Shown here piece after piece: positions 49,431 through 59,800 of a stretch of DNA of 64,000 bases (its first letter is position 1; each line of letters begins with the position of its first letter). Origin of the DNA: Nitrosopumilaceae archaeon (GTDB lineage Archaea > Thermoproteota > Nitrososphaeria > Nitrososphaerales > Nitrosopumilaceae). Below the pieces are notes generated by a model. The model saw only the letters and a list, made by a program, of their open reading frames with translations. It had not been told where the DNA came from and ran no database searches. A program made the position numbers and the translations under genes. The stretch is taken from assembly GCA_965208905.1 (NCBI GenBank), contig OZ242365.1, positions 704,001 to 768,000 on the forward strand, read 5' to 3'.

Positions 49431-50392
49431 CTCCTCTTGCGACGGGGCTCCGGACCCTGTTCGCGTATCTGATGTCCCGTATATGATATGTATACATCAT
49501 CTAGTGTGGGACCTGTCATCGATACAGACTGTATCTGTATGTTTAATGACTGAGCCTTTTGAAATATTATGGGTATAGTCTGCGGACCATCACTGACATG
49601 TATCTGTAATGTGTCATTTGTGCGTCGTATATCCTGTACGCCATCTATACTCGATATATTATCGGAGAGCAGAACTGCATTATCTGAACGCATATTTATC
49701 ACCTCCTGCTCTAGATTCTCCTTCATCTGACTTGGTCTGCCTACAGCCTTTACCTTGCCTTGGTCTATAATACATATCCTATCACAGAGCATATCGGCCT
49801 CTTCCATGTAGTGTGTTGATATAAAGACAGTCATATCGTACTCTTTGTGCATTGTATGTATGTGCTCCCATATGCGATGGCGAGTCTGTATATCCAGGCC
49901 TACAGTGGGCTCATCAAGAAACAGTATGGTGGGTCTGTGTAATAGTCCAGATGCAATATCCAGACGCTTCTTCATGCCGCCTGAGTATGTGACTGTGGCA
50001 TCATGCTGTCTGTCCGCCAGACCTGTAGTCTCCATCAACTCATCTATGCGCCTCTCGGCGACTGCAGGTTCTAGACGGCTTAGTCGGGCCTGCAAGATGA
50101 GATTCTCGCGTCCTGTCAAATACTCATCTATGGCGCTCTCTTGTTGTACAAATCCTATATGTTCTCGAACGCTGGACTGCTGGGTTGCTATATCATATCC
50201 GGCTACACGCGCCGAGCCTGATGTGGGCCGCAGTAGAGTGGTTAACATCTTCATTGTGGTACTCTTTCCTGCACCATTGGATCCCAAAAAGCCGTACACC
50301 TCAGACTGCTCCACATCTATTGTTATGTTATCCACAGACTGTATGTCTCCAAAGCGTTTGGAGAGCGAATCAGTCTTGATGGTATAACTCAT
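49424..50392 (-). CDS. ABC transporter ATP-binding protein (DrrA-like)
   Basis: GSNGAGKST, YSGGM, LDEPT. Confidence 0.95.
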   Translation of the reverse strand: MSYTIKTDSLSKRFGDIQSVDNITIDVEQSEVYGFLGSNGAGKSTTMKMLTTLLRPTSGSARVAGYDIATQQSSVREHIGFVQQESAIDEYLTGRENLILQARLSRLEPAVAERRIDELMETTGLADRQHDATVTYSGGMKKRLDIASGLLHRPTILFLDEPTVGLDIQTRHRIWEHIHTMHKEYDMTVFISTHYMEEADMLCDRICIIDQGKVKAVGRPSQMKENLEQEVINMRSDNAVLLSDNISSIDGVQDIRRTNDTLQIHVSDGPQTIPIIFQKAQSLNIQIQSVSMTGPTLDDVYISYTGHQIREQGPEPRRKRRW

Positions 50393-50426
50393 GTACTTTA
50401 GCCACATTTAACTAAATTAAAAACTA

Positions 50427-50501
50427 CGGGCCCGAAGGGCTTCGATCCCTTGACCATTGGATTAGAAGTCCAACACTCTATCCATACTGAGCTACGGGCC
50501 C
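50427..50501 (-). tRNA. tRNA-Arg(TCT)
   Basis: GGGCCCG acceptor stem; anticodon arm TTGGA-CTTCTAA-TCCAA; no intron, CCA not encoded. Confidence 0.95.
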
Positions 50502-50518
50502 GTTTAAAAAACAGACGA

Positions 50519-51334
50519 TTACCATTTTAAGGGTTTTTCAGACTCGTCCCGAGCCATCTTGAAGAGATACTGTTGCGCATAACCTGCGTATGGCCCTAGC
50601 ATATCTACTATATCATCATGTAGTGTATCGTATTGTTGTGCTGTACGTGGAGCAGTACCATCACCTATACTGTAATACTCATGCATCATACGAATGATCC
50701 AACGATCCAAGGGGACTGCCTCTAGGTGACCGCAGCCAAACAACAGTATGCAGTCTGCAACCTTGCGGCCCACCCCTGATAACATACACAATCTCTCCTG
50801 CGCATCCTTATACGACATGCTCTGTATATTACTGCATGAGCCATCACGTATCATACATGATGCCTCTTGAATGTACCTGGCTCTATACCCCACGCCACAC
50901 TCTTTGATCTCTTGTATGTCTGCATCAGCCAGAACGTCTGGGGTTGGAAATATGCGAAACATTATACCGTCATACTCTATCTCATCTCCAAATTTGTGGC
51001 ATATCTCTTGGAGGTTTCTGCGAATTCGTGGTATGTTGGAGTTGGCTGATACTATAAAAGATATTGTACACTGAAAGAGGTCTTGATGTGTAATTCTCAG
51101 ACCCGCATACCTATCTAATAACTCTGATAACAGTCGGTCTTGCCTGAATGTATCATGTATATGTTGAATATCATCACTGCATCGAAAAAAGTCTGCTATG
51201 GTACATGTGGCATCCACCACACCCGTACTGTCTGCTTTTAGCACATTCTGCCCATCTATGATATACCAAAATCTGCCTACCTCTCTCCACAAGAATACCT
51301 GCCCGCTACATAAAGTACCATATACATCCATCAT
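50519..51334 (-). CDS. 8-oxoguanine DNA glycosylase, Ogg1-like (HhH-GPD)
   Basis: TLCSGQVF, SANSNIPRI, GVGRKVADC, PLD, YAGYAQQYLF; ATGA overlap with the upstream gene. Confidence 0.88.
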   Translation of the reverse strand: MMDVYGTLCSGQVFLWREVGRFWYIIDGQNVLKADSTGVVDATCTIADFFRCSDDIQHIHDTFRQDRLLSELLDRYAGLRITHQDLFQCTISFIVSANSNIPRIRRNLQEICHKFGDEIEYDGIMFRIFPTPDVLADADIQEIKECGVGYRARYIQEASCMIRDGSCSNIQSMSYKDAQERLCMLSGVGRKVADCILLFGCGHLEAVPLDRWIIRMMHEYYSIGDGTAPRTAQQYDTLHDDIVDMLGPYAGYAQQYLFKMARDESEKPLKW

Positions 51335-52599
51335 ACAGTTACAGTTTGGGATGCCTCGCCGGCAAAGGCCTTCAGCCCAAATCTCTCTTGTATCTGCTGC
51401 GCAAACATTGTACATGACTCGGCATCGCCGTGTACTGTCATGACTTGAGGGTTCCCCTCTATTTTTTTGAGCATATCAAACAAATCCTTACTATCCGAGT
51501 GTCCTGAAAACTGGAACTGGCGTACTGCGGCGACCACCGACGCATCCTTACCCCTCACGGCGACCACGCCCTCGTCCAGTAGACGCTTACCTGGAGTACC
51601 ATCGCCCTGATATGATACCATGGCTATGCCATTCTTCTTGTCTAGTGCTAACTCTTGCAGATAAAACACAGCATTTCCTCCCACTAGCATACCTGCTGGT
51701 GATATTATGACGCAGGGGTCTGATATGGCGTTTTTACGATCACGGTTGTGTTTCACTGAATGCGCACCATTGACTGCATCCTGAAAGACATTTGGGTCTC
51801 GGTGAAACTCTGGATACCTCAAAAGTATCTCATTGACCTTGAGTGCCATCCCATCCATCACAATTTTGTGTTTAAAGCCGTACGCTCTTAGTATACACAA
51901 CATCTCTTGCGCCCTCTCGACCGAGAATGATGGTATGAACAATCTACCTTTGTTGTCTATTATCTCATTGGCAAAGTCAACTAGTGCCCTCTCAGACTCT
52001 TCCCGCGGTACCTGTTCTGACTGTGAGTATGTACTCTCTGTTATCAGCAAGTCTATGGCTCCTATATCCAAGTCTGCAGGACCCAACAGCCTAGAACCCG
52101 AAACCTTGATGTCTCCTGTATAAAATAGCCTTTTGCCATCAGCCTCCATCAGTATGGTACTTCCGCCAATTACATGGCCGGACTGGCGTAGCTCAAGTGA
52201 TATAGGACCAATCTGAATCTTGTCTCCATACGGTACATCTATGGCGCTGCGCATCATGTTGTATAGCTGATTCGCATCAAAGGGGTACTGTTTTGATTTA
52301 CTCAGTTTTAGCATATCTGTGATTAATAACTCGGTGAGATCAAATGTTGGTGCAGTTGCAAATATGTCCACACTGCCCGTCTGAAACAGAGATGGCATAA
52401 AACCCGAGTGGTCTAGGTGTGCATGTGTGATTATTGCCCCATCCAAATCTCTGGACTGTACCTGTACGGGAAACTTTGGTGGCTCGCCCCTGCGCTCAAA
52501 CATCACACCATAATCCATCAATACTTTGGTGTTGCCCTCCTGAACTAGAAATCCAGAGCGTCCTACCTGTCTAGCAGCTCCCAATACAGTAACATTCAA
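51331..52599 (-). CDS. Beta-CASP metallo-beta-lactamase ribonuclease
   Basis: THAHLDH, GHVIG, TGD, ESTY, FSGH, VHG. Confidence 0.92.
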   Translation of the reverse strand: MNVTVLGAARQVGRSGFLVQEGNTKVLMDYGVMFERRGEPPKFPVQVQSRDLDGAIITHAHLDHSGFMPSLFQTGSVDIFATAPTFDLTELLITDMLKLSKSKQYPFDANQLYNMMRSAIDVPYGDKIQIGPISLELRQSGHVIGGSTILMEADGKRLFYTGDIKVSGSRLLGPADLDIGAIDLLITESTYSQSEQVPREESERALVDFANEIIDNKGRLFIPSFSVERAQEMLCILRAYGFKHKIVMDGMALKVNEILLRYPEFHRDPNVFQDAVNGAHSVKHNRDRKNAISDPCVIISPAGMLVGGNAVFYLQELALDKKNGIAMVSYQGDGTPGKRLLDEGVVAVRGKDASVVAAVRQFQFSGHSDSKDLFDMLKKIEGNPQVMTVHGDAESCTMFAQQIQERFGLKAFAGEASQTVTV

Positions 52600-52719
52600 G
52601 ATTTAATCGTTCATTTTGGCGATTATATATCTATGGTATTTTGTACTTGTGTAATATGAGATTGTAACAAAGATGTAATACTCATAAGATTTAATTATTA
52701 ATGCGAAATCTACTAACTC

Positions 52720-52941
52720 ATGGGAAGAACTTACGAACAATGGATTAACCAACAAGACCCTGCATTGGTTGCTCAAGTGAGAGCTGGTGACGAGAACAAT
52801 CCTCCACTTTTGAACCAGATAAACTGGATATGGGTTAAGAACCTAATGGCTAAAAAGTCAGAACTCAATCCGTCTGCAGCAGAGTTGCTTGACTGGGTAA
52901 CATCAGGTCAAATCGAAGCAGTGAGACAGACAAAGAAATAG
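52720..52941 (+). CDS. Small hypothetical protein (73 aa)
   Basis: Own TATA-like box and T-rich tail; resembles small proteins I recall from other AOA. Confidence 0.8.
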   Translation: MGRTYEQWINQQDPALVAQVRAGDENNPPLLNQINWIWVKNLMAKKSELNPSAAELLDWVTSGQIEAVRQTKK

Positions 52942-53063
52942 TTATACTCACTTCGTAAACTCTTTTTATTTTAATTATAATACATGACGATTGCTGCGTG
53001 TTATCATAACGGGGTTTTGGATTTTGATTATAGTTTAAATATTATCACTGCGCATCATACAGT

Positions 53064-53459
53064 ATGCCAATAGCAATACTTCCAGACATTGACGCTCAGA
53101 GATGTATAGGCTGCGCACTTTGCGTACAAATTTGTACAGCCCTGACACCCGATGTCCTTAGAATGAAGTCCCTTGAAGGCTGGAACAGAAGCAAGGCGTT
53201 CGTCTTTTATCCAGAGAGATGTATCTCTGATGGCGCATGCATTGGAGTGTGTCCTACAAAGTCCATCTTTTGGATGAGACCGATGAAGTACACATCTGGC
53301 CAGCCAGTACCTCTGCACCAGGGTGGCGTATTCGCCAACGGCTGGGCCGAGGATGCAGCTCTTGACAATGATGGCAAGAAGGCAGTAATCTCTGCACAGA
53401 TGGATGAGCAGAACGCTGCTGGCGCTGCCCAGATCGCAGCTGCCCAAGGCGGCGCATAG
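53064..53459 (+). CDS. Dicluster ferredoxin
   Basis: CIGCALC...C and CISDGAC...CP. Confidence 0.92.
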   Translation: MPIAILPDIDAQRCIGCALCVQICTALTPDVLRMKSLEGWNRSKAFVFYPERCISDGACIGVCPTKSIFWMRPMKYTSGQPVPLHQGGVFANGWAEDAALDNDGKKAVISAQMDEQNAAGAAQIAAAQGGA

Positions 53460-53482
53460 AGGGAAATCTCGCTTTTTTCTTT

Positions 53483-54973
53483 TTATATAGTAGTGTGATG
53501 CTTGGCGCACTTTACATCTTTGAGAAAGTACGCCAGAAAGACATCCTTGTGGTCGTAGTGTATGGACGTAAAGCTGTTGTTGCTCAGGAATGCCATTAAC
53601 GCCTCTCCAAATGTACCATATCTATCTGGTGTATGAGAGACTCGTGCATCGAGGTGGTGGGAGGCCGGATACATGTCCGACAACTCCAATGGTATTATAC
53701 CCAGATATGGGTTGTATATGCAGATTTGGGCATCATCGGGTATCTTTGCATACTTCTTTAACAGGTATGCCGGTTTGGTTTGAGGCTCTGGCAGTACGTA
53801 TAATGTGTCTTTTTTGGTTCGAAACTTGGATATAATACGGCGGAACTCTACTACTTCGGGTCTGTACTGGTCTGTATGATCAAACAGAAAGATGGCCTTG
53901 TCTTTGAATCGAGGTGTACCCACATGTAGTATCGCGTTATTTCCAGTCAAGACTCGTATCGCCTCAAAGAGGCGGGGATGTGCTCTGGCCTTCTTTAATG
54001 TGTACTCCCAGAGGCGTCCCTCATAAATGGCCTGTCTTGTGGCATCCACCTCTAGTCTTATGGCTGCTAGATTGTGTAGTGCCAAAAGGTCTGTTCTCTC
54101 TTTTTGTTCTGCAGATATCAGCTCCGCCGGAGTATATTTGGTACAGACATCACAGTTGCACGGAAATACGCGAATCTCACTTAGGTTGCGTGTCCCGTCC
54201 TGTGTTATGTATCTGCCCTCCTTTGCGTACAACATGTATGATGCAGAGTCAAATGTATCACACCCCAAAGATATTGCCAGTGGTATTGTGATGGGATGGC
54301 CGGCACCAAATAGATGTAGGGGTATTGATGGCGGGAGTATGCTTCGCGCCTGTACTATCATGGATGCCAGCTTGTAATATTCGTACGACTCCATAAATTC
54401 TACTGGGCTGCCCAGCGCCATGATCTGAAAGCCATACTCCAGGAGACTCTTTGTTGAATGTTTTACCAAGTCTTGGTGCTCGCCGCCTTGTATGGGGCCC
54501 ACCCACAACTGGCCATTATCTTTGGCGGACTGTATGGTGTCATGACAGGCCTGTAGTGTTCTGGATACATATGATGATGCTGTATCATGCGGAAGGCCAA
54601 ACCCTGTTGGCTTGTCCAGTGGAATGGGGATATCTGTCATTATGCCCATCTCAAACTCGGCCATCTGACTGGGTGATATATCCAAATCCCCATACTCCAA
54701 CACTTGATAGCCTCCCGAGTCTGTCATTATGGGACCATCAAATCCGACTATATCATGAATGCCGCGCCGTATGGCCTCATCCCCCCACCGCTTCATTGTT
54801 ATGTATGCGTTGGTTATGATCATCTGAAACTTCATCTTCTTTAGCGTATCCCCTGATATGGTCTGCTTAACCGGATGCATTACTGGTATATAGGCGGGTG
54901 TGTCCACTATGCCATGATTTGTGTGCAGTCTACCTATACGTCCTGCCAGATCTGATTTTATTATCTCAAACAT
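53483..54973 (-). CDS. tgtA: tRNA-guanine(15) transglycosylase
   Basis: MTDSGGYQ, HLFGAG, DTFDSA, CNCDVC...H. Confidence 0.95.
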   Translation of the reverse strand: MFEIIKSDLAGRIGRLHTNHGIVDTPAYIPVMHPVKQTISGDTLKKMKFQMIITNAYITMKRWGDEAIRRGIHDIVGFDGPIMTDSGGYQVLEYGDLDISPSQMAEFEMGIMTDIPIPLDKPTGFGLPHDTASSYVSRTLQACHDTIQSAKDNGQLWVGPIQGGEHQDLVKHSTKSLLEYGFQIMALGSPVEFMESYEYYKLASMIVQARSILPPSIPLHLFGAGHPITIPLAISLGCDTFDSASYMLYAKEGRYITQDGTRNLSEIRVFPCNCDVCTKYTPAELISAEQKERTDLLALHNLAAIRLEVDATRQAIYEGRLWEYTLKKARAHPRLFEAIRVLTGNNAILHVGTPRFKDKAIFLFDHTDQYRPEVVEFRRIISKFRTKKDTLYVLPEPQTKPAYLLKKYAKIPDDAQICIYNPYLGIIPLELSDMYPASHHLDARVSHTPDRYGTFGEALMAFLSNNSFTSIHYDHKDVFLAYFLKDVKCAKHHTTI

Positions 54974-54993
54974 GTAACTGTAGAGATTATCAC

Positions 54994-55530
54994 CTATTTA
55001 TTAAATTCAAAGAATCGTTGCATATCTTTATTCTCTGATATTTGATGTAGCCATTGCACATCATCTGATTTAATATTGTATTTAATGGCCTGTAAAACCC
55101 TCTGTATGTTGTCTTGTATGGTGTTGTTGGTTGTATCTATCTGAGTTACCACACCAAATGTATTACGTGCGTCTGAGTATACTATATCTAGTATCTCAGC
55201 TCCTAAATTGTCTAGTATCTTTTGGTGTGAATATTTACGGTCTTTGTATATGTTGTATAGCTCGTAGGGACTGCGTCTTAATACTACTGTTTTTTTTATT
55301 ATATGTTTTTTTGATATTACATACGGTGCTAGATGGCCTACTATAATACTGGATTTTTGTATATTTATGATATCGGCAAGTCTGTCGGTATCTACCTCGC
55401 CATCAAATATGAGATTTGATTCTCTGGCTATAATATTGATGTCAATTATATCTAAATTTAATATACGCGATATGGCATCTGCAATTGTGTGTTTTCCAGT
55501 TCCGGGGCTGCCGGTTATCACATACGACAT
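54994..55530 (-). CDS. AK6/Fap7-like nucleotide kinase
   Basis: GSPGTGKH P-loop, IIVGH motif. Confidence 0.8.
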   Translation of the reverse strand: MSYVITGSPGTGKHTIADAISRILNLDIIDINIIARESNLIFDGEVDTDRLADIINIQKSSIIVGHLAPYVISKKHIIKKTVVLRRSPYELYNIYKDRKYSHQKILDNLGAEILDIVYSDARNTFGVVTQIDTTNNTIQDNIQRVLQAIKYNIKSDDVQWLHQISENKDMQRFFEFNK

Positions 55531-55617
55531 TATAATGTGTATTGCATCATAAAAAAATAAAACATTTTTGCATAACTACATTACAAATTCAAATATTATG
55601 GGTTTTAGAAATAATTT

Positions 55618-56047
55618 GGGAATTATCTCCTTAATTCGCAAACTGAAAAAACATGACACCTTTAGATAATGTAACACTATATGGTACAAGGGTAGCAAAC
55701 ACATCATAAAGATACTACGATACAAGGTGAGCACATACTCACATGTTACATACGTAGCAATATGATGCACTCTGAAGTGAACGCGGACTATGGCATATTG
55801 TATAATACAAGTATAGTAGAATGGTCAAGGCGTGCGCAACACAACATCAGACTATACAAGTCGTACGACAAGGTCGGACTGGCCTTGCAAGACAAGATAC
55901 ATCTCAGTAGATATATTATATCTCCAGTTACTAGAGACGGGGCTGATGGCGCAGGCGACCCTCAGCGACATCTTAATAGAGGCATCTCTGAGTGGCGAAC
56001 TCGCCAACAGATGTATGGTAGTTCTGCGAACTATGTATATGATTCCC
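55618..56047 (+). mobile_element. TIR-bounded 430-bp element carrying an internally deleted tnpB
   Basis: 23-bp TIRs 55618-55640 and 56025-56047 (18/23); 8-bp TSD AATAATTT at 55610-55617 and 56048-56055. Confidence 0.85.
55681..56010 (+). pseudogene. tnpB: tnpB remnant related to copy 3 (first ~20 codons plus 3' tail)
   Basis: YKGSKHIIKILRYKV vs YNGTQYVIRTLRYRL; HSEVNA...VEWSRRAQ...KVGLALQDKIHL vs HADINA...VQWSKRAQ...KAGVVLRGKIHL. Confidence 0.8.
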
Positions 56048-56087
56048 AATAATTTTATAAAGTTCTATCTTTGTGTAATGCGTGGAG

Positions 56088-57182
56088 ATGAAAAAGACTG
56101 CCATACCAGGCTTTTATAAGAAAACACCAGATGAACGTCTGGATATAATCTCAAATATTGCCAATCTGAACAAGACTGAAAGAGATGCACTTCGAGCCGA
56201 ATTAAATGTAGATGTGGCAGATGGTCTAATAGAGAATACAATTGGAACTTTTACACTACCACTGGGCATTGCTACAAATTTTAGAATAAACAACCGCGAT
56301 TATATCATACCCATGGTAATAGAGGAGCCCTCAGTTGTCGCTGCGGCATCTGCAGGAGCAAAGGCAACCGATAACGTCACAGTTACAGGTGGTAATTCAC
56401 ATGTAATAGGACAGATACAGGTTTTGAATCCGGATGCAGATGCAATTGCAAAAGTTCTATCAAGAAAATCTGACATACTTGATGCTGCAGCCAGTATACT
56501 CTCCGGGCACATGTCTGTTGTGGATGTATACAGTAGTATGCTTGATGTACAGTCAAGGATGCTAAAGGTGGAGATTGTAATTGATACTGGTGAGGCGATG
56601 GGGGCTAACGCAGTAAATACCACCTGTGAGGGTCTGGCCCCCATAATAGAAGAGATAACCGGCGGACGTGTGCTGTTGCGCATACTGTCTAATGCTGTTC
56701 CTGGTGTGGTATCTGCGCAGGCTCACTTTAAGACAAGTGACTCTGTCGCCAGAGATATTGTATCTGCATACGAGTTTGCCCATATTGACAAACTTCGTGC
56801 CGTGACACACAACAAGGGAATAATGAATGGAATAACTGCTGTGGCGATGGCAACCGGTCAGGATACTCGTGCCATAGAAGCGGCAGCGCATATGTATGCG
56901 GCCGAGTCTGGCGTTTATGGACCTCTCTCAAAGTGGTATATGCAAGATGATAGACTATGTGGCGAGCTACACCTGCCCATACGTGTGGGAACCGTTGGTG
57001 GCCTTACTACACATCATGATACAGCTGCAACATGTCTCAAAATACTGGGTAATCCTACCTCGCAGGAGCTGGCAGGTATAATGGTATCTGTTGGACTATG
57101 CCAAAACTTCTCGGCCTTAAGGGCACTATCTACAGACGGCATACAGAAAGGACATATGAAACTCCATGCGCGGCGTCTGTGA
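56088..57182 (+). CDS. mvaA: HMG-CoA reductase, class II
   Basis: ENTIG, EEPSVVAA, AMGAN, THNKGIMNG, GIQKGHMKLH. Confidence 0.92.
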   Translation: MKKTAIPGFYKKTPDERLDIISNIANLNKTERDALRAELNVDVADGLIENTIGTFTLPLGIATNFRINNRDYIIPMVIEEPSVVAAASAGAKATDNVTVTGGNSHVIGQIQVLNPDADAIAKVLSRKSDILDAAASILSGHMSVVDVYSSMLDVQSRMLKVEIVIDTGEAMGANAVNTTCEGLAPIIEEITGGRVLLRILSNAVPGVVSAQAHFKTSDSVARDIVSAYEFAHIDKLRAVTHNKGIMNGITAVAMATGQDTRAIEAAAHMYAAESGVYGPLSKWYMQDDRLCGELHLPIRVGTVGGLTTHHDTAATCLKILGNPTSQELAGIMVSVGLCQNFSALRALSTDGIQKGHMKLHARRL

Positions 57183-57499
57183 TGTTATCTCAAAATCACC
57201 CTCTAGTATGATATCTGATACTGATGTGGTGATAACTTGGTATCCCAAAAGGCACCCCTCTAAGATTTTAGTGTAAAAATGTGAAGGCTTGAGAGCCCTA
57301 TATGTCCACACAACGACAAGTTATCAACTCATGATGTGTAACTTGGATCGTGAGTGGTAATCAGAGCAGCATATGCCATGTGCTGCCTAGACACCTAGGT
57401 TCACATTCGGGTAGCGCAGACATGCCTATGCAGAACCACTTGGAACTTCTCAGCAGAGTGAGCGGAGCGATTATATGCATTTGTACGCATAACCGGCAT

Positions 57500-57934
57500 A
57501 TGAAACGCGACGAGCACACTGACAGACAAATCCGTACAATGCTGATGAGCGCCCGCAGGGTGGCAGTGGTGGGCATGTCCCGGAGCACCGCCAAGGCGGC
57601 GGGCCAGATTCCTAGGTATCTGGCCGGGCGTGGATATGACGTAATTCCCATCAACCCAAACGCTGACTGTATATGCGGCAGGAGATCATACGCCAGCATT
57701 ACCGAGGTGGAGGACCAAATAGATATTGTGGACGTATTTAGACCGTCTGACCAGGCAGCGGCGGTCGTCCGCGAGGCGCTGACCAAGAGGCCTAAAATGA
57801 TATGGCTGCAAGAGGGAATATACAGTGACGAGGCAGAGAAGCTGGCTCGGCAGGAGGGCATCCCGCTGGTCTACAACAGGTGCATAATGGTGGAACACCA
57901 GAGGCTAGTGGGCGCCGACGGGCATCAGGTATAA
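57500..57934 (+). CDS. CoA-binding protein (YccU-like)
   Basis: VAVVGMS, PINP, DIVDVFRP, WLQEG, NRC. Confidence 0.9.
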   Translation: MKRDEHTDRQIRTMLMSARRVAVVGMSRSTAKAAGQIPRYLAGRGYDVIPINPNADCICGRRSYASITEVEDQIDIVDVFRPSDQAAAVVREALTKRPKMIWLQEGIYSDEAEKLARQEGIPLVYNRCIMVEHQRLVGADGHQV

Positions 57935-58090
57935 TAATACTGATGCGCAAACCTATCTTGGACCGCACCGGCCCACCAAGATATGTTTTGACCACACTGC
58001 TGACATTCATCCCTGTCGTGAAAATATGTCCTTGTCATCAGACTGGTAGTTCGCGTACGATATTTAACCTCCTGTTTTACAAGGAGTATA

Positions 58091-59800
58091 ATGGCAGACT
58101 TGGACTATGATGTTATAATATGTGGTTCTGGTTTGGCTGGATTGAGGGCGGCCATTGAGGCGGCCAGCACAAGCCCCAAACTACGTGTAGCTGTGGTATC
58201 CAAATTACAGGTGATGCGCTCCCACTCGGTCTCGGCCGAAGGTGGTACTGCGGCAGTTCTATACCCTGAGAATGGAGACTCGATAGAGTCGCACATATAT
58301 GACACCGTCAAGGGCAGTGACTTTCTGGCGGATCAGGACGTTGCCGAGCGACTCTGCAATGAGATGCCTCAAGAGGTGTACAATCTGGACCGCTGGGGCA
58401 TGCCTTGGTCTCGTCGAGAGAACGGAGAGATTGATCAGCGTGCATTTGGAGGATACTCGTATCCCAGAGCTACATATGCCTCTGATAAAGTGGGATTCTT
58501 TGAGATGCAGACACTATATGATGCCTGCCAAAGGTTTGACAACATCGAGTACTATAACGAGTGGTTTGGCACCTCCATACTGCATGATGGCAGTAAGGTT
58601 CGCGGCATAACAGTGATTGAGCTCTCATCGGGGCAGTTTAGTGTGATGTCCACAAAGGCGCTTATAATGGCAACCGGGGGTGCGGGCAGACTGTATAGTT
58701 TTTCAACGTATGCGCTATCTTCCACACCTGATGGTCTGGACATGGCGTACCGCGCAGGCATGGCGCTTAAAGATATGGAGTTTGTGCAGTTTCATCCCAC
58801 CGGAATACTGCCTTCGGGCATACTGATAACTGAGGGCGCCCGGGGAGAGGGTGGCTACCTGTTAAACAACAAGAACGAGAGATTCATGAAGCAGTATGCC
58901 CCCGGAAAGATGGAGCTGGCTCCCCGAGATATAGTGTCTCGCTCAATAATGACTGAGATAAATCAGGGACGGGGGTTTATCAACGAGACAGGTGTAGAAT
59001 GCATAAAACTTGACCTTAGACATATAGGAGATGAGACTATAAAGGAGAAGCTGGGAGGAATCCGTGAGATATCTATAAAATTTTCAGGCGTGGATCCTGC
59101 TACTGAAATTCTGGATATACGGCCTGTCTGCCATTATATGATGGGAGGTATACATACAAACATCGATGGAGCCACCGAACTAACTGGAATGTGGGCCTCT
59201 GGGGAGGCCGCATGCAGCTCCGTCCATGGCTCAAACCGCTTGGGCGCCAACTCTACATCCGAATGTATAGTTTGGGGCAAGATAACTGGCAAGATGGCTG
59301 CCGAGTATGCATTGGGTAGTATACCCTCAGAACCATTCCCCCATGATTTGGTGAAACTCGAGGAGAAGAGAATATACGATGGTATATTTCGAGGTCGGGG
59401 TGAGGTAAATCCATATGAAGTACGTCAGGAATTATCAGATATGATGACCGAGAAGGCGTATGTGTATCGAACCCATGATGAACTTGTTGAAGGCCTAAAG
59501 ATATTGCGCAATCTACAGTCTCAGACTTGGAAGCATGTGGACGACTCTGCAAAAGAGTACAACACCAACTTTGTCAATGTTATGGAACTGGACTCTATGT
59601 TTAGGGCTGCTGAGACGATACTTGTGGGCGCCATAAACCGTAAAGAGTCTCGTGGAGCTCACGCCAGAATAGACTATCCCAGCAGGGACGATGACTCCTT
59701 TCTTCATCATACACTAGCGTATATGGGACCTGACAAACCCATCATGAGGACACATCCCGTAACAATTACAAAGTACGAACCAGTGGAGAGGAAGTATTAG
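58091..59800 (+). CDS. sdhA: Succinate dehydrogenase flavoprotein
   Basis: GSGLAG, RSHSVSAEGG, QFHPT, HGSNRLG. Confidence 0.97.
   Translation: MADLDYDVIICGSGLAGLRAAIEAASTSPKLRVAVVSKLQVMRSHSVSAEGGTAAVLYPENGDSIESHIYDTVKGSDFLADQDVAERLCNEMPQEVYNLDRWGMPWSRRENGEIDQRAFGGYSYPRATYASDKVGFFEMQTLYDACQRFDNIEYYNEWFGTSILHDGSKVRGITVIELSSGQFSVMSTKALIMATGGAGRLYSFSTYALSSTPDGLDMAYRAGMALKDMEFVQFHPTGILPSGILITEGARGEGGYLLNNKNERFMKQYAPGKMELAPRDIVSRSIMTEINQGRGFINETGVECIKLDLRHIGDETIKEKLGGIREISIKFSGVDPATEILDIRPVCHYMMGGIHTNIDGATELTGMWASGEAACSSVHGSNRLGANSTSECIVWGKITGKMAAEYALGSIPSEPFPHDLVKLEEKRIYDGIFRGRGEVNPYEVRQELSDMMTEKAYVYRTHDELVEGLKILRNLQSQTWKHVDDSAKEYNTNFVNVMELDSMFRAAETILVGAINRKESRGAHARIDYPSRDDDSFLHHTLAYMGPDKPIMRTHPVTITKYEPVERKY

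Noticed and set aside
50427-50501. Unusual tRNA T-loop ATCGAAG, and the tRNA as an integration site
   Set aside because: Stems are intact, I recall this variant in other thaumarchaeal tRNAs, and no duplicated 3' end was seen.
57228-57328. TGATAACTTG/CAAGTTATCA inverted repeat as a MITE
   Set aside because: Short repeat, no exact TSD, single copy.
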